A stretch of 64,000 bases of DNA from an uncultured delta proteobacterium (GTDB lineage Bacteria > Desulfobacterota > Binatia > UBA9968), in assembly GCA_963771465.1 (NCBI GenBank), contig CAVYTU010000014.1, forward strand, positions 736,001 to 800,000, read 5' to 3'. Within the stretch, counting starts at the first letter, position 1, and each line of letters opens with the position of its first letter. A model generated the notes under the pieces. It was not told the origin of the DNA. It worked only from the letters and a program-made list of their open reading frames with translations, and did no database searches. Position numbers and translations under genes: made by a program. Positions 8,844 to 18,704 of this stretch are shown here, in pieces.

Positions 8844-11540
8844 CTACTGACCTTTTTGCATTTCCTTGAGCAGCGCTTCGACTTTCTTCAATTCGTCGCC
8901 GTAGCCGGACCAATTGCCTTGCTTGAGATAATCCTGCGCCCGTTGAAAATGGTTTAGGGCTTGGCGCGCCGGCGTTTGATCGCTCTTAACCGTCTGCGGC
9001 AAAGCTGCCACCACCGGTTGAGTTGCTTCCTTGGCCGGTGTCGCGCTGAAAACCCGCTGCAGGGCTTGATCCATCGTCTCCTCCATCGCGATGCGGTTGC
9101 CGAAGGCGACGATGACCCGTTTAAGTTCCGGCAGCGAACCCTTATCCGCGGCAAGATAAAGCGGCTGGACGTAGAGCAACGAGCGCTCGATGGGGATCGA
9201 TAACAGGCTGCCGCGAATGACCTGGGAGCCGCGCTGGTTCCACAGACTCAGTTGTTGAGAGATCACCGTGTCTTGATCGATGCGGGCGTCGATCTGCTTG
9301 GGCCCGTAAACGAGTTTCGCTTTGGGGAAATCCAGCGCGGTCAATTTACCGTAATGCGGCGCATCGCTGCGCGCTGCGAGCCAGGAGCGCATGTTATCGC
9401 GCTTGTTTGGCGTAAACGGCAGCAACAAGACAAACTCCTCTTTCGCTTCGCCGGGCAAGCGCATGATCGTGTAATAGGGCTCGACGTCCTGCTCGCGGCC
9501 TTCGCTGTTCTGGCGCGGAATGCTGAGCAGATCTTCTTTGTTATAAAAAACCTGCGGGTCCTGCATATGATAGGTTGTATAGACCCGCGCCTGGATCGAA
9601 AACAGATCCTGGGGATAACGGATGTGCGCGCGCAGTTCTTGGGGCATCGTGTCGAGCGGTTTCAGCAGATTGGGAAAAACTTTGGCATAGGATTGTATGA
9701 TCGGGTCGCGCGTATCGCTTAGATAGAACTCAACCGTGCCCTCGTAAGCGTCGACCACGGCTTTTGCCGCGTTGCGAATATAGTTGGTGCCCTGTTGGCG
9801 CAGCGGTTCTGAATAGGGAAAGCGATCCGAAACCGTGTAGCCGTCGACGATCCAGAACAGTCTGCCACCCTGGGCAATGACCAAATAGGCATCGCGATCG
9901 AAAGTGATAAACGGCGCGATCTTTTTTACCCGCTCCTGGATCTGGCGGTGGTAAAGAATACGGCTCTCGGCGGTCAGATCCTGCGCCAGCAAGATGCGCA
10001 GCGATGCGTGATGGGCCGAAAAAACCAGCTGGCGCCACAACGAGCCGATGGCCACGCCTCGCTGGCCTTTGTAGGTCGTGTAAATATTTTGGTCTCCCGA
10101 CGGATAATCCAATTCCTGCGACTTGGTCCGCACCAAAACATATTCATTGGCGAGCTCACCGAAGTAAATCTCCGGACGAGCGATCTTGAGCGAGGTGCTG
10201 GCGACCGGCGGAATGTCCTTGATGAAGAACTCAGGCTGACCGCTGGAAGTAACCTGATTGACGGGACCGAAGACCACTCCATGACCGTGAGTGAAAGTTA
10301 GATGCTCGTTGATCCAGTTGCGGCTTTGCAGATGCTGATGGGACAGCTCGCGGGCGGATAACATCACCTGGCGATAGGTGCCATCGATCATGTAGCGGTC
10401 ATTGTCGACATCGACGAATTTGTAATAGGGCCGAATTTCTTGTAGCTGCGCGTAGGTGGTTAACAGCGGACGGTGATCCCAGAGCCGGATATTGTTGATT
10501 GTCGAGTCGTTGCGTTTCAAATCCGCAACCGTGAGCTGTTCTTCCGCGGGAAAATCTTTCGTTTCAATTTTATCCAGGCCGAAAGCGAAACGGGTGAATT
10601 TGATCGTCCGCTCGATGAAAGGCCGCTCCGCCTCAATTTCATTGGGGGTGACGCGAAAGCGTTGCAACAATGTCGGATAGGCGTTGAGCCCGAGCAGGTG
10701 CACGCCGACGAGAGCACCAACGCCGAGGATTACGAATTTGTAGCCGGTGCGGTAGATTTGCGTGAAACAGAGCGCCGCAGCGATCAACGCAAGAAAGGTA
10801 AGCACCCTGAGCGCTGGTAAATTGCCGTAGACATCCGCGTAGCTTGCGCCGTGGGAGACGCCACGCCGCGCGTGTAAAAGATCGAAAGCGTCGAGATAAT
10901 AGCCGCCGGCTTTGACTACGAGGAGTAGGCCGAACAGAATCAGCAGATGATTTCTCGCCCGGTCGCCAAGATGTAGCCCGCGCGGCGTATATTCTATGCC
11001 ACGATAAAGGAGATACACCGCCGCGGTGGCAACGGCGGTTAGTCCGATGGTGAATATCGCCCAATGGTAAAACACCCGAAGCAGTGGCAGACGAAAGACA
11101 TAGAAACCGATGTCCTGGCCAAATTGCGGATCTTGCAGATTGAACGGCACGGCATTTAAAAACAACGCTGCTTGTTCCCAATTGGCTGCTCCCTGGGGCG
11201 CGGCCATGAGGCCCAGGAATAACGCGCCCGGCAGGAGTAGCCGCTTAAACAGTGGGTCGATTAACTCGGGCGGAGGGAGTTCGATGATGTTGTCCGCGCC
11301 GGAGTAACGAAAACCGGCCGAAGCTGAGGAAGCGATCTTCAGATTGACATAGATCAGCAGCGCGAAAAGCCCGCCTGAGCTAGCGCCAAGCAGGGTCTTA
11401 TACGAGAGAATGGTAGCGAAAATCTGCGCGTAGCCGACGTCTTGGAACCACAGCCAATCGACGTAAAGTCCGATCACTTGGCGGAAAAACATCACGACAA
11501 CGACCAGAATGAGTAGGAACACGCCGCCGAATCTGCGCAT
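8844..11540 (-). CDS. UPF0182 family membrane protein
   Basis: DWLWFQDVGY, DPQFGQDIGFYVFRLP, NIRLWD, THGHG, NYIRN, HIRYPQDLF, YHMQDPQVFYN, LPELKRVIV motifs. Confidence 0.93.
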   Translation of the reverse strand: MRRFGGVFLLILVVVVMFFRQVIGLYVDWLWFQDVGYAQIFATILSYKTLLGASSGGLFALLIYVNLKIASSASAGFRYSGADNIIELPPPELIDPLFKRLLLPGALFLGLMAAPQGAANWEQAALFLNAVPFNLQDPQFGQDIGFYVFRLPLLRVFYHWAIFTIGLTAVATAAVYLLYRGIEYTPRGLHLGDRARNHLLILFGLLLVVKAGGYYLDAFDLLHARRGVSHGASYADVYGNLPALRVLTFLALIAAALCFTQIYRTGYKFVILGVGALVGVHLLGLNAYPTLLQRFRVTPNEIEAERPFIERTIKFTRFAFGLDKIETKDFPAEEQLTVADLKRNDSTINNIRLWDHRPLLTTYAQLQEIRPYYKFVDVDNDRYMIDGTYRQVMLSARELSHQHLQSRNWINEHLTFTHGHGVVFGPVNQVTSSGQPEFFIKDIPPVASTSLKIARPEIYFGELANEYVLVRTKSQELDYPSGDQNIYTTYKGQRGVAIGSLWRQLVFSAHHASLRILLAQDLTAESRILYHRQIQERVKKIAPFITFDRDAYLVIAQGGRLFWIVDGYTVSDRFPYSEPLRQQGTNYIRNAAKAVVDAYEGTVEFYLSDTRDPIIQSYAKVFPNLLKPLDTMPQELRAHIRYPQDLFSIQARVYTTYHMQDPQVFYNKEDLLSIPRQNSEGREQDVEPYYTIMRLPGEAKEEFVLLLPFTPNKRDNMRSWLAARSDAPHYGKLTALDFPKAKLVYGPKQIDARIDQDTVISQQLSLWNQRGSQVIRGSLLSIPIERSLLYVQPLYLAADKGSLPELKRVIVAFGNRIAMEETMDQALQRVFSATPAKEATQPVVAALPQTVKSDQTPARQALNHFQRAQDYLKQGNWSGYGDELKKVEALLKEMQKGQ

Positions 11541-11750
11541 GGTGCCTCCGTCAGTTTAGCAAAGGGATCAGTAAATTTGCCGCGATCGTATAAAAGTCGT
11601 TGATTTATGACAATACGGTTGGTCGAAATAAAAAAAAGATCTTAACCGTTCTGCGCGCAGCAAGGCATTGTGACTTCAATACCTCAAATCGAAAAGCAGC
11701 TGTTAGCTGTTGCACCTGTTTCGGACGAATTGAATGTGGCCCGGCGTGAT

Positions 11751-11788
11751 AAAAAAAAATGGCGCTGGAACATTCCAGCGCCATTTTT
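11751..11788. terminator. Intrinsic (probably bidirectional) terminator downstream of the ABC permease
   Basis: AAAAATGGCGCTGGAA-CA-TTCCAGCGCCATTTTT perfect inverted repeat; the A9 run gives a U-tract on the minus strand. Confidence 0.85.
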
Positions 11789-11823
11789 AGTTTTAGGTCA
11801 GTTGTAGTCTGACGTGATTGAGT

Positions 11824-12666
11824 TTACTCGCGGCCTACCTTGGGGCGCCACTTGTCAAAGCGCTTTTCATAGCGATCAATGACCTCAGTCAGGGCCATGC
11901 CGGAAATGGCGAAAATCAAGACGCCGACGAATACCTTATCGGTTTGAAAGGTCGCGCCGGCGACGGTGATCATGAATCCGATGCCAGCGGTCGCGGCATA
12001 GAGCTCGCCGACCATGACGCCGATAAGCGCGCGACCGACGGCCAAGCGCAATCCGGTCAGAATGAACGGCACCGTCGAAGGCAGCACGACGGATTTGAAG
12101 ATTTGCCATTCCGACGCGCCAAAGCTTCTGGCTGCAGTGAGCAAGTTTGCCGGCGTGGTTTTGACCCCGTCGCGGGTGTTGATCAAGAGCGGAAAAACTG
12201 CGCCCAAAAAGATAATGCCGACCTTGGAGAGGATGCCGATGCCCAACCAGATAATCACCAAAGGCAAGAGAGCGACGCGGGGTGTTGCATTCATCGCGTT
12301 TACGAATGGGTCGCAAACGTAAGCGAATCGTTTGTACCAACCGATCGCGATGCCAAAAGGTATGGCGAAGACGATAGACAGGAAATAACCCCAGGCGAAC
12401 TCGATGCCGCTGATATAGAGGTCATTCCAGATCTCGCCCGAGGCGAACATCTGCCAAGCCGCTTTGAATATCATCGACGGCGCGCTCATGAACATCGGAT
12501 TGATCAGTCCGAACCAGTTACCGATGGATTCCCAAGTCAATAAGAATAGTATCGTGGATGTCGAGCCGAGAATGAGCTTCTCGTTATTCAGATAAAACTT
12601 GTATCCTGCCGACGCTTCGGCGACCCGAATGTCTAACAGTTGTTCTTCCTGTGCGCCCTGAGCCAT
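11824..12666 (-). CDS. ABC transporter permease, NitT/TauT/SsuC family
   Basis: PRVALLPLVIIWLGIG, EAA-like LLTAARSFGAS, GELYAATAGIG. GGAGG RBS before ATG 12666. Confidence 0.92.
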   Translation of the reverse strand: MAQGAQEEQLLDIRVAEASAGYKFYLNNEKLILGSTSTILFLLTWESIGNWFGLINPMFMSAPSMIFKAAWQMFASGEIWNDLYISGIEFAWGYFLSIVFAIPFGIAIGWYKRFAYVCDPFVNAMNATPRVALLPLVIIWLGIGILSKVGIIFLGAVFPLLINTRDGVKTTPANLLTAARSFGASEWQIFKSVVLPSTVPFILTGLRLAVGRALIGVMVGELYAATAGIGFMITVAGATFQTDKVFVGVLIFAISGMALTEVIDRYEKRFDKWRPKVGRE

Positions 12667-12897
12667 AACAATACCCTCCAAGTGGTTACTATTCAGTTTT
12701 CGTTAGGAGATCATCCAGCCTGCGCACCAGTACCAAATGGCTAGGGGGTTGTCAACAGATTTGTCTGGACGTTTCCCCTCGAAGTTTGCTTACTGAACGG
12801 CGTGCGAAACTGACCGGCCAATGAAGCGCAATCTTGACAATCGTTAAGGTATTAAATACTTTGATTGCTACTAATTCCTACAGTCGCAGGAGATAAC

Positions 12898-14379
12898 ATG
12901 AAACTCCTATTTATTACGCCACCGATGGGCAATTGGGCGCCGTGGGGCGACCGTCATCTGGCCGTCAATTCGCTCCACGCGCAGGTTGCCGCGTTTATTC
13001 GCGAGAAAAACGTGGCGGAAGTTGCCATCCTCGATTGCCGCGCCCTTGGCCTCGACGATGATCAGATGCTGGATGAAGTGAAGCGCCAGCGGCCCGATGC
13101 AGTTTTCTTTGGCGCCATGATCGCCGCGGCGGGCGGCGCCGCCACCTTGAACCGTTTCCATGCGGCGATGCAAAAGATCAAAGAAGTTTCTCCCCAAACG
13201 GTCACCATCGGCGGCGGCTTGATGTACACCGCGGTGCCGCAAAAAATCATGGCCGACAATCCTCAGCTCGACTTCGCGATTGTCGGAGTGTTTGCCGACA
13301 ATGAATATGCGGTGTCTGAATTATTGGACGAACTGAAAAAACCTGCACCCGATTTCAGCGGGATCAAAGGGCTGGCCTACCGCAGGAACGGTGCAGTCGT
13401 GCTGACGCCGGCGCGGCCGGTGATCGCCAACCTCGACGAATTGCCCATGCCGGCCTACGATCTCTTTCCCATGGACAAGTACTTCGGCTACTCGGTGATT
13501 CCCAACTACAACGAATCGGTGACTTCTCGGGGATGCGAGGGCGCCTGTCATTTTTGCTACGAATGGTGGCTGGTCGACCAGCGCAATCCACGCGATTTCA
13601 GCTCGCACCGCACCAAAGGCGGCAAGCGAGTCGCCGATGAAATGGAACTGCTCAACAAGACCTATGGTGTCAAAGCGCTGACCTTCATGGACGACGATTT
13701 CAACTCCGATCGGCAAAAGATGGTCGACTTGGTCGAAGCGTTGGAGGAGAAAAAATTAGACATCAGCTGGTTCATGCTCAGCCGCGCGCAAAACCTTATC
13801 CGCGACATGGATCTGGTGCCGCGGTTGCGTAAAGTCGGTTTGTACCAGGTTTTGGTCGGCATCGACGGCGGCACGGACGAAGAGATCGCCGAAGCACGCA
13901 AAGGGCCGATGAAAGTGGGCGTCAAGGAATTAAAAGAGCTGATTCAGTTTCTGCGCAAGAACGACATTTCAACGATCTCGACCTATTTGAATGGTTTTTG
14001 GGAAGACGACGAAGCCAAAATCCGCCAACGGGCGAAAGCCGTCGACGAGATCGATCCCGATATCGTCATGATCCAGGTGCTCAATCCGATCCCAGGTTCG
14101 CCGATCTACAAGGCCGCCGTCAAAAATAACATCATCGAAGTCGACAATCTCAGTCTCTACGACTTGGAACACTCAGTCATGCCTACCAAACATCTCACGC
14201 GCCAACAGTTGGGCGAACTGACAGGTTGGGCATTTCAATCCTTCTACAGCAAGCCGGGTCGAGTAGAGCGCATCTTGAACGGTTACACCTCGCCCTATGT
14301 GAAGATGAAGTTTCTGTCTTTCAAGAACAACGCGGCGAAATATGAAAAGGGCGCGGCCGAGGATAAGGTTGCCATCTAA
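12898..14379 (+). CDS. Cobalamin-binding radical SAM enzyme (class B methylase / BchE-like family)
   Basis: N-terminal B12-binding domain, LDELPMPAYDL linker, SRGCEGACHFC (CxxxCxxC), FMDDDF, PIPGSPIY. AGGAG RBS. Confidence 0.9.
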   Translation: MKLLFITPPMGNWAPWGDRHLAVNSLHAQVAAFIREKNVAEVAILDCRALGLDDDQMLDEVKRQRPDAVFFGAMIAAAGGAATLNRFHAAMQKIKEVSPQTVTIGGGLMYTAVPQKIMADNPQLDFAIVGVFADNEYAVSELLDELKKPAPDFSGIKGLAYRRNGAVVLTPARPVIANLDELPMPAYDLFPMDKYFGYSVIPNYNESVTSRGCEGACHFCYEWWLVDQRNPRDFSSHRTKGGKRVADEMELLNKTYGVKALTFMDDDFNSDRQKMVDLVEALEEKKLDISWFMLSRAQNLIRDMDLVPRLRKVGLYQVLVGIDGGTDEEIAEARKGPMKVGVKELKELIQFLRKNDISTISTYLNGFWEDDEAKIRQRAKAVDEIDPDIVMIQVLNPIPGSPIYKAAVKNNIIEVDNLSLYDLEHSVMPTKHLTRQQLGELTGWAFQSFYSKPGRVERILNGYTSPYVKMKFLSFKNNAAKYEKGAAEDKVAI

Positions 14380-14381
14380 TC

Positions 14382-15155
14382 ATGGCGCAGCGATTAAACC
14401 CTCGCCCGCTCGCCGGTAAAGTTGCGCTGGTCACCGGCGCGAGCCGCGGCATCGGTGCGGCGGCGGCGATTCGCCTGGCGCAGAGCGGCGCGGCCGTGGT
14501 GGTCAATTATCACCAGAATAAGGATGCAGCGCAGAAGACTCTCGCCGAAGTAGAGAGCGCCGGCAACCCCGGCATGTTGTTTCAAGCCGACGTGACGCAA
14601 AGAACCCAGGTCGACTCGATGGTGCGCGCCGCCAGCGAGAAACTCGGAGCCATCGATGTGCTGGTCAACAACGCATACTTTCCGTTTCAAGTGAGCGCGC
14701 TGCACGAGATTAGCTGGGACAGTTTTCATCAAGCGATCGAGCACGAGTTGTCCGCCTTCTACCATTGCGTGCAAGCCTGTTTGCCGGCGATGAAAGAAAA
14801 AAAGGCCGGTCGAATTATCGTCGTCAGCACGCGTTTGGCGCAACAGCCGTTGGCGCGCATGGGCGCTTACGCGGCGGCGAAGTCCGCGTTGGAGTCCATG
14901 GCGAACACGATGGCGATCGAATTGGGCCCCCTGGGCATTGCGGTCAATGTGGTGACTCCGGCGTTCACACTGACCGACGCCTCGATGATTATGCCGGAGA
15001 CGTATCGCGAGCGGGTGAAAGAAACGCGGCCGCTGAAAAACCATCTGTATCCCGAAGATATCGCCGGCGCGATAGCTTTCTTAGCCGGCGATGAAGCGAA
15101 CATGATAACCGGAAGCCATATACTCATCACCGGTGGAAGTCATCTGCAACTCTAA
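14382..15155 (+). CDS. SDR family NAD(P)-dependent oxidoreductase (FabG-like)
   Basis: TGASRGIG, LVNNA, YAAAK. Confidence 0.92.
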   Translation: MAQRLNPRPLAGKVALVTGASRGIGAAAAIRLAQSGAAVVVNYHQNKDAAQKTLAEVESAGNPGMLFQADVTQRTQVDSMVRAASEKLGAIDVLVNNAYFPFQVSALHEISWDSFHQAIEHELSAFYHCVQACLPAMKEKKAGRIIVVSTRLAQQPLARMGAYAAAKSALESMANTMAIELGPLGIAVNVVTPAFTLTDASMIMPETYRERVKETRPLKNHLYPEDIAGAIAFLAGDEANMITGSHILITGGSHLQL

Positions 15156-15157
15156 GT

Positions 15158-15276
15158 AATTGAGAATGGATAATTGAGAATTGAAAATGTCGGAGTCACA
15201 TTTCTTGCTCGTTAAACAACGTCTGCGGACCTTGCCCGGATCCTAAATTTTCAATTATCCATTCTCCATATCAATT
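15158..15276. repeat. Inverted heptamer-array hairpin element
   Basis: 5' arm AATTGAG-AATGGAT-AATTGAG-AATTGAA; 3' arm TTTTCAATT-ATCCATT-CTCCAT-ATCAATT; core starts TCGGA and ends CCGGATCC. Confidence 0.85.
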
Positions 15277-15285
15277 GTTTTTCCC

Positions 15286-16770
15286 ATGCTTTCCCTCGAT
15301 GAGATTATCGCCAAGCTGACAGAGATCGTCGGTGCACGACGGGTCTCGACGAACCCGATAGACAAGATCAATTATCAACACACGCTAGCGTATGGCGCCT
15401 ATCGGGCCCTACCCGATGTGATTGTGCGCATCGAGTCGGACGGCGAAGGCAATCATAAGGTTGCTGACATTCTAAAATTCGCCAACGAGCACAAAATTCC
15501 CATCGTCGCTAAAGGCGGCGTCGGCATGGGCATCAGTTCGCCACTCAAAGGCGGGCTGCTGCTCGACATGCTTGGCATGGATAAGATTCTCGAAGTCAAC
15601 TCGGCCATGCAGTATGTGATCGCTGAAGGCGGCGCGAGCGTTTACGCGATTCACCACGCGCTGCGTCAACATGGGATGATGCTGCCCAACTTCGGCACCT
15701 ACGGTCCGGCGGTGGTCATCGGCGCGATGATCAACAAAGGCGGCATCGGCTACGGCATGACGCGCTACGGCTGGATCGCCGACATGGTGCTCGGCTTGGA
15801 AGTGATTCTTGCCAACGGCGAGACCATTCGCTTGGGCGCATTGGCGAATCAAGGAACGACTTTCGGGCCGTTTCAAAAATGGATTCATCTGCCGGATCTG
15901 CTCGGTATGTTCACCCTCGCTGCCGGCTCCATGGGGATCATCAGCAAGGTTTGCCTGCGCGCCATCGAATGCCGGCGTGAGTGGTTGCACGATTACTGCT
16001 ATGTGTTTCGCCGCGATCAGCTGCAGCAAGTGCAAGAGTCGCTCATCGAGTTGGTCCGAGGCGAAGTCGTCTACGACATCCATTTCACCGACCGCTGGCA
16101 ATATCACTGGCCGATGGAAGAAGGCTTGTACGACAAGAGCAAGATACCCGACGACGGCTGGTTCTTTTTAAAAACCGTTCTCATGGCGCGTGACGCCGAA
16201 GAGCTAGCATTCAAAGAAAAACGCATGCGACGCGTCTACCAATCCGCCGCCGGCGTCGACGTACCTGAGATCGCCGACAAAGCGATGGGCGCCAAAGCGC
16301 AGGAGTTAGGTCTTCACGGCTGGCCAGATTGGCACATCATGGGGCCGGACGGTTGGTGCGGTACGGTGGTGCGTCATACGGGCATGTTCGCGGTGACCTC
16401 GAAAATGTACCCGTTGCGGTTCTTGAGGGAAATGTATGACCTTGACGAAGCTGCCAAGCGCGAGTGCGGCATTTGGGATGCGGCCCATTCGCCGCAACAT
16501 GATAGTTACGTCACTCGCGACTTCGCCATCAAGGAAGAGTATTTTACCTTCTACAATCCCTACGACGACGAAGATGTCGGCAAGCTGCGTAAATGGATGG
16601 GTATGGTTCAGCAGTTCAGCAACGAGCGCGGTGTGGTCTGGACGGCGCCGACCCTAAGCACCAAGGGGCCAATACCCTATCAAAGACTCGGCAGCCTTTA
16701 CGACGTTGTCAAAGAGATCAAACAGCTGGTCGATCCGAATAATATTCTGAATCCGGGGGCGCTCTACTGA
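15286..16770 (+). CDS. FAD-linked oxidase/dehydrogenase (VAO/PCMH, GlcD-like)
   Basis: PDVIVR...KIPIVAKGG, VLGLEVILANGE, GSMGIISK, C-terminal VDPNNILNPG. Confidence 0.88.
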   Translation: MLSLDEIIAKLTEIVGARRVSTNPIDKINYQHTLAYGAYRALPDVIVRIESDGEGNHKVADILKFANEHKIPIVAKGGVGMGISSPLKGGLLLDMLGMDKILEVNSAMQYVIAEGGASVYAIHHALRQHGMMLPNFGTYGPAVVIGAMINKGGIGYGMTRYGWIADMVLGLEVILANGETIRLGALANQGTTFGPFQKWIHLPDLLGMFTLAAGSMGIISKVCLRAIECRREWLHDYCYVFRRDQLQQVQESLIELVRGEVVYDIHFTDRWQYHWPMEEGLYDKSKIPDDGWFFLKTVLMARDAEELAFKEKRMRRVYQSAAGVDVPEIADKAMGAKAQELGLHGWPDWHIMGPDGWCGTVVRHTGMFAVTSKMYPLRFLREMYDLDEAAKRECGIWDAAHSPQHDSYVTRDFAIKEEYFTFYNPYDDEDVGKLRKWMGMVQQFSNERGVVWTAPTLSTKGPIPYQRLGSLYDVVKEIKQLVDPNNILNPGALY

Positions 16771-16776
16771 TTTCGA

Positions 16777-16812
16777 TCAAGGTTCAAGCGTTCAACGGTT
16801 CGAGGTCGGAGA
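16777..16812. repeat. Single-arm octamer array (GGTTCAAG-CGTTCAAC-GGTTCGAG) followed by TCGGA
   Basis: Directly visible after stop 16770; related to the GTTCAA unit at 56834-56927. Confidence 0.55.
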
Positions 16813-16857
16813 CGGCAATCGGCTAAAAGTTTTGTTGGCAGAGCTAAGGAGAGCAAT

Positions 16858-17652
16858 ATGGGACTGGGAAGGCAGGATTTTTCCGGCAAGAAACTGTCAC
16901 CGCAGGAAGCCGACGCGGTGATCACGGATCTGAAAAAATATTTACTCGATATCGCCGACCGTTGGTTGATCAAAGGCCGTTTTCACACCGACATGGCCAA
17001 CGGAACACTGCCCATGGAAGCGATAAAAATATTTTGGCAGAATTGGCATGGCTTTGTCGCCGAGATCAATAATTTTCACGGCGTCGCCTACCAGCGTCAT
17101 CTGCCGTTTTTCAAGCGCCATCCCGAGCTGCAAAAACATTTCGCCGCCCACGTTGCCGACGAAATGATTCATCCCAAGCCGCCGGGACATATTCAGATCG
17201 TCCTCGAACAAGGGCGCAACTTCGGTCTCACCGACAACGAGATGGTCGAGTATGAAATGCTCGCCGAGTGTCGGGCGTTCCTCGAATACTATCGCGGCGT
17301 GCTCTACGAAGGCACCATGGTCGAGTGGTGGGCGTCGTTCTGCGTCGAGGAGGCGGTCGGCCACTGGGCGCGCTTCTTCGGCGGCGCGCTGCGTAAGGTA
17401 TACAATTTCCCGGAAGAAAAAATCGTCTACTTCCGGGTGCACGCCAAGGCCGATCTCGAAGAGCACGACGGTATCATGGCGCACGCCGATCTCGACTGGA
17501 TGGTTCTGAAAAAGATGCTCGAAGAAGGTAAAGCCGACACCCGGCCCGGTTTCAATCTTGAATACTGCATGCGCATGGGCACGGCGTATTTCGCCTGGTT
17601 TTTTGAAGGCGTGTATCAGCAGATCAAAAAGGAAGGTTTGTACAAAGAGTAA
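16858..17652 (+). CDS. Heme-oxygenase-like diiron enzyme (PqqC/TenA/CADD superfamily)
   Basis: Helical protein with ligand set ADEMIHPKPPGH, VEE, YFRVHAKADLEEH (E..H / E / H..D..H pattern as in CADD-type HDOs). Confidence 0.8.
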   Translation: MGLGRQDFSGKKLSPQEADAVITDLKKYLLDIADRWLIKGRFHTDMANGTLPMEAIKIFWQNWHGFVAEINNFHGVAYQRHLPFFKRHPELQKHFAAHVADEMIHPKPPGHIQIVLEQGRNFGLTDNEMVEYEMLAECRAFLEYYRGVLYEGTMVEWWASFCVEEAVGHWARFFGGALRKVYNFPEEKIVYFRVHAKADLEEHDGIMAHADLDWMVLKKMLEEGKADTRPGFNLEYCMRMGTAYFAWFFEGVYQQIKKEGLYKE

Positions 17653-17654
17653 GC

Positions 17655-18680
17655 ATGGCCGAGTCTAACAAAGAAGAACTTTCGCCCCGTCCGCTGATGC
17701 GGATACTCGGTGATTTCGCCAACAGTCAGATCCTCGACGCGGCGCTGGAATATGATTTTTTCACGCTGATTAACAACGGATTTCACAGCGCCGAAGATAT
17801 CGCCCGTCAAGCCGGCACGGACGCGCGCGCGACGCGCATCGTTCTCGACAGCCTGCCGGCGCTTGCGCTCATCGAAAAGCGCGACGGCAAGTACGCGCTG
17901 ACGCCGACCGCCGAGATTTTCTTGGTCAAAAGCAAACCGTCCTACGTCGGCGACTTTCGCCACGTCGCTTTGGCTCTATGGGATGGCATGGCGCATCTGA
18001 AGGAATCGCTCAAAACCGGCAAACCGCTCAGCCGCATGGATACCAACGCCGAGCTGCAAGTCTGGGAAAAGCTTGTGCTTGGCATCATCGTCATCGCCGA
18101 GCCGGCGGCCAAGGCGCTGTGCGACATTCTTAAGATCGGCACGGAGCGCAAAGGTATGCGCGTGCTCGATATCGCCGGTGGCTCGAGTATCTTTGGCATG
18201 ACCATCGTCACGCGCGATCCGACGGCGCAGGTTACTCAACTCGACTGGCCCAACGTTAATGTGGTGGCAAAGAAAGCCAACAAGGAGCGCGGTTTGGAAG
18301 GTAAGATTCGCTTCATCGATGGCGAGCATCACAGCGCGAATCTCGAAGCCAATCACTATGACTTAATTCTCGCCAGCAATTTCTGCCGCTTCGAGTCGCC
18401 CAAGGGCAATCAAGAGTTATTCGCCAAGGCTTATGGTGCGCTCAAGCCCGGAGGTATTTTTGTCGTCAACGACTTCGTGCCCAACGAAGAACGCACCGAG
18501 CCGACCTTCGCGTTACGCTTTTCCGTTTACACGCTGACGCACACGCCGGAAGGGGAGTGCTGGACGCTGTCGCAGTACTCCGACTGGCTCAAGCAGGCGG
18601 GATTCAACTCCATAAAAATGCACGGCGATGTTCCCAAGACCTTGCCGGGAACGACGCTGATCTTGGCGCAAAAGATTTAG
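17655..18680 (+). CDS. Class I SAM-dependent methyltransferase (O-methyltransferase type with dimerisation domain)
   Basis: N-terminal HTH dimerisation region (SAEDIARQAG...LIEKRDGKYALT), VLDIAGGS motif I, ALKPGG. Confidence 0.88.
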   Translation: MAESNKEELSPRPLMRILGDFANSQILDAALEYDFFTLINNGFHSAEDIARQAGTDARATRIVLDSLPALALIEKRDGKYALTPTAEIFLVKSKPSYVGDFRHVALALWDGMAHLKESLKTGKPLSRMDTNAELQVWEKLVLGIIVIAEPAAKALCDILKIGTERKGMRVLDIAGGSSIFGMTIVTRDPTAQVTQLDWPNVNVVAKKANKERGLEGKIRFIDGEHHSANLEANHYDLILASNFCRFESPKGNQELFAKAYGALKPGGIFVVNDFVPNEERTEPTFALRFSVYTLTHTPEGECWTLSQYSDWLKQAGFNSIKMHGDVPKTLPGTTLILAQKI

Positions 18681-18704
18681 CTGCTTGCTCGCCGAAGGAA
18701 ATTC

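Noticed and set aside
11818-12543. Long antisense ORFs (11818..12543, 19659..20567, 25088..26503, 58080..59129 and others)
   Set aside because: They are shadows of well-supported genes on the opposite strand in GC-rich DNA, with no motifs or RBS.
16858-17652. PQQ biosynthesis (pqqC)
   Set aside because: No pqqA/B/D/E nearby, and the neighbouring radical SAM is B12-type, not SPASM-type PqqE.
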